From positions 68,674,224 through 68,738,223 of the forward strand of contig NC_068982.1 in NCBI RefSeq assembly GCF_001194135.2: a DNA stretch of 64,000 nt. The letters are read 5' to 3'. The notes below the pieces were generated by a model. That model was not told the DNA's origin. It worked only from the letters and a program-made list of their open reading frames with translations, and searched no databases. This stretch comes from Octopus bimaculoides (taxonomy: Eukaryota). Made by a program: the position numbers and the translations under genes. The stretch's first letter is position 1; each line of letters opens with the position of its first letter. Shown piece after piece: positions 50,180 through 62,925 of this stretch.

Positions 50180-50325
50180 GGTGCAGGCATGACTGTGTGG
50201 TAAGAGGTTTGCATTGCAACCACACGGATCTAAGTTCAATCCTCTGTGTTGTACCATGGGCAAGTGTCTTCTACTATAACCTTAGGCTGATCAAAGCTTT
50301 GTGAGTGGATTTGGTCAACAGAAGC

Positions 50326-50396
<71 letters not shown>

Positions 50397-50595
50397 CCTG
50401 ACTGGCCTTTGTGCCGGTGGCACGTAAAAGCACCCACTACACTCTCAGAGTCGTTGGCGTTAGGAAGTGCATCCAGCTGTAGAAACTGCCAAATCAGATT
50501 GGAGCCTGGTGTAGCCATCTGGTTCACCAGTCGTCAGTCAAATCGTCCAACCCATGCTAGCATGGAAAGCGGACGTTAAATGATGATGATGATGA
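50180..50595 (+). mobile_element. Family A SINE head joined through (TA)n(TG)n to a young RTE tail
   Basis: The tail gccggtggcacgtaaaagcacccactac...aaatcgtccaacccatgctagcatggaaagcggacgttaaatgatgatgatga retains its CpGs. Confidence 0.75.
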
Positions 50596-51640
50596 AATAT
50601 ATATATATATATAAAACAAAGTTATTTTATTCCACACAGGTAGAAATATAGGATAAGTAGAAGTTGAAAATGCACTGAGAATACTCAAAATATTTTTTAT
50701 CAATATATCTGAAGCTTTAGCCAAATTCACAGTTTACTCTGATCTTCAAAAAGTTAAATAGAAAGACGTGGCTTATGTTGCAGCTGCCTTGCTTCTGACT
50801 AGTGTTGGAAGTTTGCCCTATTTTTATAGGGAGTTCATAACTCAAATTAGTATATGTTCTGAATGGGATTTGATTGTCTTAGAAATTTTTGTAGGTTTCT
50901 TGCTACATCTGTGTGTTAGTATGAAGTGACAATGTTTGGCGGTGTAAGTTAATTCTGACACAGTTGACTGAAGAAGTCTAAACAGTCAATGCTCTGAATG
51001 TTTTCTGTCAAGTGTTTGTAGAGAATGAACACATAATTAAGTTTATAACCTCTTGTATGTTTCCTCGCCATAACTTAGTGGTTTGGCAAAAGAGACCAAT
51101 AGAATAAGTACTAGGGTTGATTCATTTGGCTAAAAACCTTTTAAAGTGGTGCCCCAGCATGGACATAGTCAAATGACTGAAACAAGTAAAAGATAAAAGA
51201 TATATATATGGGCCTGGGATTATAGCTATAGAAGACACTTTTCCAACTTGGTTCACAGTAGGATTGAACCTACTGTGTACCACCATGTGGTAGGGAAGCA
51301 AAGCTTTGAATTACACCATCACGCCTGTGTCTATTTATAGACATACATAAATAATCATGTACTTTCTAGCAAGTGAATTTTGAAAACTTCAAACAGGTTT
51401 ACATGTTGTGCTAACCTGTTTTGTATTATGTATTTGTTGGAGAATCAAGAAAGGATTTCACTGAACTATTTGTTAATATTATAAACAGTGAAATATAAAT
51501 GAGACATCATTCTTGTGTAATTGGGGTGGGATGGTAACTATGCTTCCAGTATGCTTCCATAAGTACTATACTTGTGAATTAAAACCACATGAAATCATAT
51601 GCAATTTACATGCAAACTGCATTCTATTAAACTTGATTAA

Positions 51641-51853
51641 CCCTTTCGTTACTGTATTTATTTTGAGATGCTCTTTGTTACTTTCAATTACTTTAAATAT
51701 AACAAAGAATTTAGTAAAATAACTTAGTTGTCATTAAGCTAGTGTTAGGAACATAAATTGAGACTAAGGTTTGGTGGAAGATTTTAATTCAGAACTTATG
51801 AAGACAAGACGTCAGAGCCAGAGCCGGTTTCAGCTGGGTTGGTATCAAAAGGG
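51641..51853 (+). mobile_element. Complete piggyBac-type MITE, 213 bp
   Basis: TTAA-CCCTTTCGTTAC...GTATCAAAAGGG-TTAA. Confidence 0.9.
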
Positions 51854-52184
51854 TTAAAGATAAAATTATTTTTCACTTGGTTTACCTATTGAATGATATT
51901 ATGCAGTGTTATGTGACTGATTTTGTTATAAAGTCATTATCATCATCATTGTTTTGATGTCCCCTTTTCCATACTCACATGGGTGAACAGGATTTCTTGA
52001 AGCAGATTTTCTATGGCCAGATGCCCTTCCACTTACCAACTCTCACTTGTTTTCTAGCAAGGTAATATTCCCCTATGGGAAACTGGAAATATGACACTTG
52101 TTTACAATTATTATGAAATCCCAGAATGAGGAGGTGTAAACACATACACACAGTCTCTGTCTCTTACACGTACATATATATCTT

Positions 52185-52796
52185 TATCTTTTACTTGTTT
52201 CAGTGATTAGACTGCGGCCATGCTGGGGCACTGCCTTGAAGAATTTTTAGTAGAATGTATCAATCCCAGTAGTTATTTTTTTTATAAGCCTGATACTTAT
52301 TCTATCGGTTTTTTTTTGTTGAACTGCTAAGTTACAGGAATGAAAATGCACCAGCACTGGTTGTGAAGTGGTGGTGGTAGTGGGACAAACACAGATACAA
52401 AGATACACACACGAATATATATCTATATATATAAAAATATGGTGATCAAAAATCAAAACAGCAACATGGATTTTAAAGATTATTGCAGTACGCATGTTTT
52501 ATGCTACTCTATTTATTTAAGTAATGCGAGCATTACATTAAATGCAAAATGCAGAGCAATCTTCAGCTGGAATTGTTTGGGTAATACCATACTATATTCT
52601 GGTGCCTAAACTTAAGTACCACGTTCAATTTTGATTCTAAATCTTTATATAAAAATATGAGTAGCTGTATGGTAAGTAGCTTGCTCATCAACCACATGGT
52701 TCTGGGTTCAGTCCCTTGGGTGGCACCTTGGGTAAATGTCTTCTAATATAGCCTTGTGAGTGGATTTGATAGACGGAAACCGAAAGCAGCCCGTTG

Positions 52797-52829
<33 letters not shown>

Positions 52830-53043
52830 TTGTGTTTGTCCTCTCCCCAGAAAAAACATCGTTTGACAACCGATGTTGGTGTGTCTACATCCCTGTAACT
52901 TAGTAGTTCAGCAAGAGAGACCGATAGAATAAGTTTTAGGCTTACAAAGAATAAGTCCTGGGGTTGATTTGTTCTACTAAAGGTGGTGCTCCAGCATGGC
53001 TGCAGTCAAATGACTGAAACAAATAAAAGAATAAATATATATG

Positions 53044-53079
<36 letters not shown>

Positions 53080-53381
53080 NNNNNNNNNNCCTAGTACTTA
53101 TTCTATCGGTCTCTTTTGCCGAACCACTAAGTGACGGGGATGTAAACACACCAGCATCGGTTGTCAAGCAATGCTAGGGGGACAAACACAGACACACAAA
53201 CACACACACACACACGCACACATATATATACATATATACAACGGGCTTCTTTCAGTTTCCGTCTACCAAATCCACTCACACGACTTTGGTCGGCCTGAGG
53301 CTATAGTAAAAAACACTTGCCCAAGATGCCGCGCAGTGGGACTGAACCCGGAATGCTACATACCACACAGCCATGCCTGCA
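52185..53381. mobile_element. Three family A SINEs in -, +, - orientation (about 52185-52400, 52656-53033, 53090-53381)
   Basis: All three share the gagaccgatagaataag and gacaaacacagacac motifs in alternating orientation. Confidence 0.85.
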
Positions 53382-53793
53382 CTTGTCTTCAATATAATTT
53401 TTAAAAATATATGTTTATTATGGACTTCTGCTAACACATGCACAATGATATACAGTAACCTATTTTATACTCACTCCAGCCTGAATGAAGTGTTCATGAG
53501 CAGACTAAAGTTTGTGCACAAACACAAATAACCTGTCATTTGACTTTCTACTTGGCAACCATGTTTGAATATCTTTATGACTTTTTTTTAAAGCTTATGT
53601 TTCATTGTCTTTTTTTCAGTTAATATTCTTCATTTATTTATTATTGTTTTTTAATATTAAATGCACATTCTGTTAACAACTGCTTTGCAATATTTCATCT
53701 TACAATTGTCTGCTTTGAATTTTACATTTTCAACTGTTGCATGCTTTTCTGGCATTCTACTAAAAATTGATATTTCATTGCTTGGCATACCTA

Positions 53794-54474
53794 CACATGT
53801 GTGCCACCCCCACCCCAACTTTGTTTCTTCATAACTTCCAGAAAAATTTATAGTTTTTAATAAAATTTTCTACAAATACACTTCAGATGGTGTAGATTAT
53901 ATTGGAATTTGTGCAAAACTTTTTTCTTTGGTAGGGAGAGGAGTTTTGGACAATTCATACAAGTTGGATTTGTTTCCTTAAAGCTTTAAGAAAAATAGGT
54001 ATTTTTTAATGAAATTTTTTATAAATACTTTCCAGAGTGTGTAGATTACGATTATATTGGAGTTTAATCTGACAAAAAAAAAAAAAAGAAATATTTGTGG
54101 GTTCAAAAACATATATACTAACATGCATCGCACATTGGGAAATTTAACTTGAAATTTCAAAAAAAATTGTGATGTGTGTCAATATGTTTGTGTGCATGCC
54201 TACCAGTTTTCTTTTCACATCAAATTCCAATATAATTGTAATTTACATATTCTGAAAGGTATTAGTAGAAAATTTCACTTAAGAATACCCATACAAAGCT
54301 GGCTCATGAATTTTCTGAAATTCCTCTCCCATCCATCAGAAAAATATTTTCACAATAAATTTTGATATAACCGAAATCTACACCATCTGAAGCATATTTG
54401 TAGAAAATTTCATTCAAAAGATATTCATTTTTCTGAAAGTTATGTGGAAACAAAGTTGGTGGGGCACACTTGTG
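53794..54474. mobile_element. Foldback-like Tc1/mariner MITE, 681 bp, with TIRs of about 200 bp
   Basis: TA-CACATGTGTGCC...ccaactttgtttc..cataact..cagaaaaat...aaaattttctacaaata..cttcagatggtgtagatt at the left end. Its reverse complement ends GGCACACTTGTG-TA at the right end. Confidence 0.85.
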
Positions 54475-55041
54475 TAGATATCCCTATTGCTTTAACAATA
54501 ATAAATTTACTTTTACTATATCTACATATTGGCTTGCTCTGCTTCCATTTCATTTTGTATGTAACAATATTTGACTGTATAGCTGCATGTTATATACAAG
54601 CAATACACTTCTTTTGTTCAGGTTGCATCAAAAGGGTGACAATAATGTGAATGAGATGGGCTCAATTTTTCACTACACATTAACATAGATAGGATGACAT
54701 TATATACGATGATATTGTGTTTAATAACAAATACTAACTGCATTAAAAATGCATCAAAGTGTCTGTATGTGTGTGTGTGTATATATATATTAAAATTTAT
54801 TTGAAGTATTTAGGTAGTCATTTTTCATTGCTTTATAAATTTGTTCTTTTCATCTTATAGCTCTGTTTTATGGTTTCCACTATTGACATTTGGGCTTCCT
54901 TCATGTTGCATGTGTTGCTAGCATACTTCCTACATGCATACTGTATGTATACTTAAGCATATATACTATAGGCATATATGATACAATGATATCAAGTCAA
55001 TGTAAAACATGCTATCTTAAAGATAGTGTGTTTGCATTAGT

Positions 55042-55075
<34 letters not shown>

Positions 55076-56039
55076 NNNNNNNNNNNNNNNNNNNNNNNNN
55101 NNNNNNNNNNNNNNNNNNNNNNNNNNNNNNNNNNNNNNNNNNNNNNNNNNTATATATATATATATATATGATATAAAATTCCAAGTAATTTTATGACTTT
55201 ACACTTATAAAAAAATAACAAATAATATTAGGAAAGAAAATGAGAGAGAGAGACTAAGAAAATAAAAATAAAATTAATCCCAAAAACCCTCCCCCAACAA
55301 ATGGAAAACTATCTCACACTGAAAGGAAAATATCTAATACTTAGAAAATATGTTTAGTTTTTTTTTTTTTAAAGTAACTCAGAAATGATAAGCAACAGCA
55401 GCAGCCATCATTCTAGTAAGATCTCAAGGTAAATGCAACTGATGTTCAGCAGGAACATCTGAGTTGAAGTTTGTAAAGGTGCAAGCATGGCTGTGTGGTC
55501 CAGAGACCCGTAGCAGTAAAGTGAAGAATTAAGTCTTTAGTTACAACTCTTAAATCTGTAGCAAATACTTCATGTTTTTGTATTCATGGCATACCTGTAA
55601 TTCACATAAATTTACAAATTTGCAGTTTGCACTTGTCAACAACTGTATCACATTCCAAATGTACTAGTGTTAACAGCTTTGCTTACATTATCATCTTTCA
55701 GATTAATCAACTGGTATATTTATATTGTCAACAACTGTACTCTGTCCTATAGGTATGTCTGCTGGTGTCCGTAGATATACCTATGTCATGACCTTTCAGA
55801 CCAATCAACTAGCTTTGTCAACAGTGTTGCTTACCTTTTGAACCAATTAGCAACTAATCAAATGCTATAATAATAATGTCACTAATGTTGTCATGAAGTT
55901 GGCTGGAACAACAAAGTGATTCCCTAGTGTAATTGTCTCACAGCAGACAGTGTAATTATCTTGCACACATCCATCAACAAACTTGTAGAATACCAGATTG
56001 ATCTTTGTGACACTTACTCCTTTGAGTATTTGTAACATT

Positions 56040-56520
56040 ATATTTCTCATCATTATCAGCATCATTTAATGTCTGTTTTCCATACTGGCATGGGTTGGAT
56101 GGTTTGACTGAAAACTGTTAAGCCAGGGAGCTGCACCAATTTCTGGTCTCATTTGGTAAGATTTCAGTGGATGGATGCCCTTCCTAACGCCAACCACTCT
56201 GAGAGTGTAGTGGGTGTTTTTTACGTGCCACTGGCACGGGTACCATTGATCTGACACTGGCATCAGCCACGACTATGGTCTCACTTGGCTTGACAGGTCT
56301 ACACAAACACAGTATATTGCCAAAGGTCTTGGTCACCTGTCACTCTCTTCATGAAGCCCAACACTCAAATGGTGGTTTTTATGTGCCACTGGCATCGGCC
56401 ACAACTATGACTTCACTTGGCTCAACATGTCTTCACAAGCACACCATATTGCCAACATTTGAAGGCTACACGATACTGGCATCGGTCATGGCTATGATCT
56501 CACTTGGTTTGACGTGACTT
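56040..56520 (-). mobile_element. RTE 3' UTR modules and tail (reverse)
   Basis: Contains gatgcccttcctaacgccaaccactct and three ggcatcggccacgactatgatctcacttggcttgac-type modules. Confidence 0.75.
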
Positions 56521-58814
56521 GATATGAAAATGAAAACCTCTCGTGCAATTAGTCCCAACCACAATGCTTTATCAACCAGTACAGAATGTAAGTAAAGCCA
56601 TTGTTAAATGTTATCCTGCAGTTTTGTTTATCATGACCTGAATTTATAATTGTTTACAGGTCTTTGTACCAAATGTATAATAGTTTATTCTGATTTCAGA
56701 ACACATTGTGTGTTATGTGTTGTGTTTTGTTTGTCAAAAATATGAGTAGCTGTGTGGTAAGTAGCTTGCTTACCAACCACATGGTTCTGGGTTCAGTTCC
56801 ACTGCGTGGCATCTTGGGTAAGTGTCTTCTAATATAGCCTTGGGCCAATCAAAGCCTTGTGTGTGGATTTGGTAGACAGAAACTGAAAGCAGCTCGTCGT
56901 CTTCTTCTGTTGGTTGTTTTCCTCGCATTCGGTACTAAATGTGTTTATTTTGGGAAGTCCAGTGTGTGGTATTATTCTGTAGTAATGCCCCTTATATAAA
57001 TATAACCGAATATATATATATACATGTATGTGTGTGTGTGTGTTTGCCCCACTCCCAACATTGCTTGACAACCAATGTTGGTGTGTCTACGTCCCTGTAA
57101 CTTAGTAGTTCGGCAAATGAGACCGATAGAATAAGTTTTGTTTGTCAGGTGAAGTGTTATTAGTCGTGACATGTTGTGCAGGGTGCAATGTGGCAGTTAG
57201 AACATGTGGCATAGAATGTAGTGAACCATTCAGGGGATGTTAAAGTACAGATGGACCTCTAGCTGTAGAAATGCCAAAGCAGATAGTGGAGCTTGGCGCA
57301 GTCCTCAGGCTTTCGAGCTCCTGTTGAACTGTCCAATCCATGCTAGCATGGAAACAAATGTTAAATGGCAATGATGATGATGATGATGTTGAAGTATGAA
57401 TTAATATATCAATTAGGTTGTCTTGAATAATGAGAAGTATAGGAATCAAGTGAGGTTGTTTGAGGTGAATTGTAATTGCTGAGGTATATTTAGGGAGCAG
57501 TGTGGTAGTCAGGGAATGATGAGTAGTGTGCCATGTGCCATTCAGAGGATATTTGAGTGGGGTGTTGTTATCATGTGGTCTGATGTAATACTTACATGCA
57601 TCCCCCAAAATAACTTTCTGCCTGACTGGAGTGTTTTTGGTGGTAGCATAGCCAGGGTTGGGTGAGGAGGTGGTCTGCTCTTAGTGGTTGGTACTTTTGG
57701 TTCTACTGTATAAGCTTGTGCAGGTTGGTGTCTGTTGGTGGTGGGGTTTGAAAACTCAAGGGCTGCCCAGGTGGCACAGACTCTAGTCATGCCATGGCCT
57801 GTGTTGGTAATCAACACATTTAAATCTCAAACCCACAGATATGCTGTCTCCTCACTGTCTTTTCTATCACGACTACTATATTATTGGCTTCTGCTTCTTG
57901 GAGGTGGCTTGTCATGTTCTACCTTCACCTAAGCACTTTTGGTTCACTCACCTCTCCTCCTCTTGTCACCCATATTATGTTACCCCACCTCCTACACAGG
58001 CCTATGCACTCCTTCCTCTTTGGAACATCAGCCCTTTGAATTCCCTCTTGGCCTGAGCTTTTCCTTCAGTTGTCAACTTGAACTTTTTATAAAGAATGCT
58101 AATCATGTTAATTTCTCTAGTCCTGTAAGGTCTGTGAAAGTCCATCATCATCATCATTGTTTAATGTCTGTTTTCCATGATAGCATGGGTTGCATGGTTT
58201 GGCAGGTGCTAGCCAGTCAAGGAGCTGTGTAGGCTCCAATTGTCTGTTGTAGTATGGTTTCTACAGATGGATGCCCTTCCTAATGTCAACCACTTTACAA
58301 GTGTGCTGGGTGCTTTTTACATGCCACCAACATGGGTGCATTTATGCAGCACTGGCATGAATGCATTTTATGTGACACCAACACCTGTAAAGGACATGCC
58401 TTTATGTCTGGATGACTCTGATTCTACTTGGCTTGACGTGACTTCTCAAGTACAGCAGGAAAAGGTGAAATGTAGCAGTCATGTTATGCTCACATCAAGA
58501 AAACATCATTGCACTCCCCAATCACCCGTTAAACATGAGCAGCACTCATTAAGAGCCCTCATGGTTTCTCTGACTGTTATGTCTCGCTATTGCTGAGGAT
58601 CTCAGCTAGCGAAAACATATCCTTACCATAGCTAGGAAAGAATCCTTCAAAACAGGCCCTTCTCAACAATTGCTGAAACTTTGCAAAGCTTAAGAGAAGC
58701 CCTCAATAGAGTATTGACACTACATTTGGGATGTATGCATAACTGTATATGTGAATATGTATATTTGACATAAGACTGCATATAACTGTATATATATGTA
58801 TATGTATATTTAAC

Positions 58815-59980
58815 ATGACTGCTCACTAAGAAACATCTGCAATACCAGTCTGACCTCTATCACAGTTTCCTCAACTTCAAAAAGGCTTTTGACCATGTTT
58901 GGCATAATGGGTTATAACAGGGGATGAAGAATTACAAATTCAACAATAACCTCATTGAAGTAATCCAAGCACTGAAAGAAAACCCCTGCAGTGAAGTTCT
59001 TATGAAGAACAACATCAGAAAATTCTTCAGGGCAGCAGTGAATGTTCAAACAAGGATGTCTTCTCTTTCCAGTGCTTTTCAACATCTTCCTGGAGAACAT
59101 TATGCAGGAGACAGTTCAAGACCACCCCTCTGTTTCCATTGAAGGATGGCCCTTTTCCAACCTGTGCTTTGTTGATGATATTGACCTGTTAGGAAGGAGT
59201 GAAGCAGAACTATAGGAGCTCACAACCAGACTGGAAAAAGTATCAGGAGCACATGGGATGGAGATCAGATCAGAAAAGAGCAAGATCCTGGTTAATAGTA
59301 ACAAAACCAACACATAGCAATCAACATCATGCTAAAGGGATAGAGACTTGATAAAGTGGACACTGTCAAGTATCTAGGAACCACTTTGACCCAAAGATAA
59401 CAGATCTCAAAAGGATGTAACAACAGTTTAGCCTCTGCTGCCATAACAAAGCTGAACACCATATGGAAAAAAACATTTCCATTAGTTTTCCAATGAAACT
59501 CAAAGTGTACAAGTTTCTGGTGACTTCAGTCTTGTATGGATGTGAGAGCTGGACTCGTATAACTGACATAGAAGCAAAGAATCCAGGCATTTGAGCACAA
59601 GTGCTTCAGAAGACTGCTACATATCCATACACTGAGCACAAAATGAACAGCTTTGTGAGACAGCTAGTCAATAAATACACTGGCTGACAAGAACCACTCC
59701 TTGTGTAGGTAAAAAGACAAAAACTTACCTAGTACAGTCATGTATCCTGCCAAAACTCCCTGTCTGAAGCCATTCTTCAGGGCACAGCTGTGGGAGGGTG
59801 AAAGAGAGGCAGACGGAGAAAATTCTGGATTCACAACATCAAGGACTGGATAGGTCATTACACAGTAAACCTGTTACACATGACAGAACAGAGACCCCTG
59901 GTGATGGCTGACTAGAAAAGCATCTAGAGTGGCACCCCATTGACTGGTTGCATCAATTAAGGGATCTTGATGATCGATGA
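58815..59980 (+). mobile_element. Decayed RTE-clade LINE: RT domain to 3' end
   Basis: LYHSFLNFKKAFDHVWHNGL, FVDDIDLLG (FADD), EKSKILVNS, KYLGT and LYGCESWT motifs with stops and frameshifts, ending in a gatgatcgatgat tail. Confidence 0.9.
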
Positions 59981-62025
59981 TCATGTATGTATATGAATGT
60001 TTGCTTGTCACTGTCTGAGTGAAATGCTGACCTGCTTATATTCCTTATTAACATTACAATGAGTTACTCTGTATGTTTAGAGGCCAGTGAAGTATATAAA
60101 CCATCTACTTGAAAAACAAATGAGGGTTGGCAACAGGATGGACATCTGGCCATAAAATGCTGCTTCAAGCAGTTTCCATCTAACCCATGCTAGCATGATA
60201 AAATAGATGTTAAATGAATGAACGACCATTAACTGCATTAACTTTGCTCAGTTGTCCTCATCACATCAAACCAATTGGCACTGCTTGTCCTTTAACTGTG
60301 TGAAGAAGATTTTTATTCCAATAACACCCAAGTATCTATGCTTGGAGATAATTTCTGTGAGTGAGACAAAGTAAATATGTATTTAATTAGCTGTCACATT
60401 TAAGCCTTTTATAAACCTGTTGTCTTTGAACCTTACCCCAACCTGTAATGGTTAATTACCTGATTGTAAGATAATATTTTGTTAATCCTGTCAATAGATT
60501 CAATGTCACTGTTACTTCAATAATACTCTACTCAGCTATAAACAGGTAGTTACCAAGACAAAGCAACAAATATTGTCTCTGTTACTAAGGTAGCCGCAGC
60601 TTTGTCATGTTTCAGGTAGCATACGTCATCTCTATTTATAACAGATGTTTGACAGCCATAAAATAATTCCTGTCATTATTATCTTACATTTTGCTAGAAG
60701 ATTTTCTTTTCTATTTCATTTTGAAAAGGTAGATTTTTTAAAGTGTCTGATAGATTACCTTTCTTTTTTAGAAACTTTCAAAAAATATTTTTAATCTTTT
60801 TTTTCTATGGTCAGGAGGGAAGGCAGCACCCATGACTTTTTAGAGGACCTCTAAAACTTGTGTAAGGGAAAGAGGGCGATAACCTCAACTAGAAACCTAA
60901 CCTGAATACTTGCGAAATAGTGAATTCTGTTAATAGCAATCAAGGTAGCCAGGTAGTAGTGTTAAACTAAGCAATGAATTAAGTCTAACATCTAAGTAAG
61001 CCATGGCAGGATTTGAACTCAGAATGGAAAGATCAACCACAAGGCATATGGTCTAAATTCTTACAGTTCTGCCAATCTTTCACCCTGAATTGGTATTTCT
61101 TTTATTGACTCCTGAAAGGATAAAAGATAAAGTTGACTGGTAATCATATTAAACTGCGAGGACCTGTGGAAATTCTGCAGTGTAAGTCAGCATATTTGAA
61201 AACATTTTTTTATTATATTAAACACAAGTAAAGAATTAAAAAAAAATTCTTTTGAAATATCATTTAATCAAAACTGTACTTTCAAATATAATTGAAATGA
61301 ACTGAGAAGGTATTATTTATTTTCCTTCTTTTAATATGTTTGACAGATATGGTGTGCTTTATATTTTAAGGAAATATAAGATGAATTAAAATGATCAAAC
61401 TTATGTAAAAAAAAAAAAACTACACTTTTTGCTGTCTAACCACCACCAAGGCTCAGTCAAAGTTAGTTACTGATTGAGATTATTTCTATTTCTTTTCATT
61501 TCAGTTTAGTTCAGCTACATGTCTACTTGTATATCTATTATCATATCTCTCCATCTGCATATCTTTTCATATATCTGTAGACTCACCTATGTAACTATCT
61601 ATCTATTTAGCTAGCTAATTAACTGTCAAATCTGCACATTCCTTTCTGTATCTGTCTATTCTCATAATACTGATTAGTGTTTAAACAAACAAAAAAAAAA
61701 ATGGTGGTGTCCCTGCATGGCTATAGCCTTTGGTCTTCAACATGTAGAAGATAAAAGCATTACACCCACAACTATTTGCTAGCTAAGGTTATTTTACTTT
61801 CATTTAACTATCTATCGATATATCTTTCAATACATAAATTTATAGATCTTCATGACATTGTTTCACTATGTGCTTGTAATTTGAACATACAAATGGTGGT
61901 GCCCCAGCATGGCCACAGCTCATGAGCTGAAACTGGATAAAATGAAAAAAAATGAATACAAATGCAGAATAATAGAGACCTTTTCTTCTCTCTCTCTCTC
62001 TCAGTCTCCCCTTTTTGTTTATATA

Positions 62026-62925
62026 TGAGGTCTGATCAATAAGTATCTGGACTTCTACCATAGTAACGAAGCTAAAGCACACAGAGTGAAACCACTTGGC
62101 ACAGATTGACCTTGAACTCTGCTGTGCATTTGCATTAAATTTTAACTTTCTAGCTGACTTCTGCTGTTTACAGCAGTGCTTGGAAGGAAGGTATGTAGCA
62201 TGTAATCGTCTCATTGACCATGATAGAGAAAGTTATCATGGTGACACCCTGCTTGGAGGCCTACGCAAAGTTGCAGAAAGTGTATGAAGAGGAATGTAAG
62301 AGCTGCACACAAGTGTACGAGTGGTTCAGACATTACCGAGATGGCTGGAAAAATGTTGATATTGATGAATGTTCTGGGAGACTCGTAACAACAGAACTGA
62401 GAAGGGAAAAACATCACAGATGTGTGTGCAGTTGTGAGGGGAAATCATTAAATCACCATCCATGAGTTATCAGAGGGTGTGCAGATTAGTTATGGTTCAG
62501 TTCAGTCCATTATTACTGAAGATTTGGGTATGATATGCATGTCTGCCAAATTTGTGCCAAAACTGCTTTCAGCTGACCAAAAGGACACTTGGGTTTCAGT
62601 TGCACAAAATCTCTTCGATTGTGTTGAGAACAATGAAAACATTTTGAAAACTTTGCATAGTTATCTGAGCAGTTATCACCAAACTTTTGTCAAAATTTGA
62701 TGCCGATTCTCTGCTCAACTTTCTCTGTCATGGACAATGTGACAGTCACACATTACACACCTTCCTTCCAAGTACTGCTGTAAACAGCAGAAGTGAGCTA
62801 GAATTTTAAAACTTAGTGCACATGCTCAGCAGAGTCCAAGGTCAATCTGTGCCAAACAGCTTCACTCTGCATGCTCTAGCTTCATTATTGTGGCAATAGT
62901 CCAGATACTTATTGATCAGACCATG
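62026..62925 (+). mobile_element. Non-autonomous mariner derivative, 900 bp, made of two inverted left ends
   Basis: TIRs ggtctgatcaataagtatctggact at both ends with TA flanks. The inverted arms extend more than 200 bp into transposase coding sequence. Only the N-terminal HTH region is present (ORFs 62214..62465 and 62479..62700, KFVPKLLSADQK). Confidence 0.9.

Noticed and set aside
57240-58056. ORFs 57240..57608, 57542..57817 and neighbours
   Set aside because: They start or end in SINE/RTE tails and have low-complexity T/H/P composition. Probably an unclassified repeat, with no family I can name.
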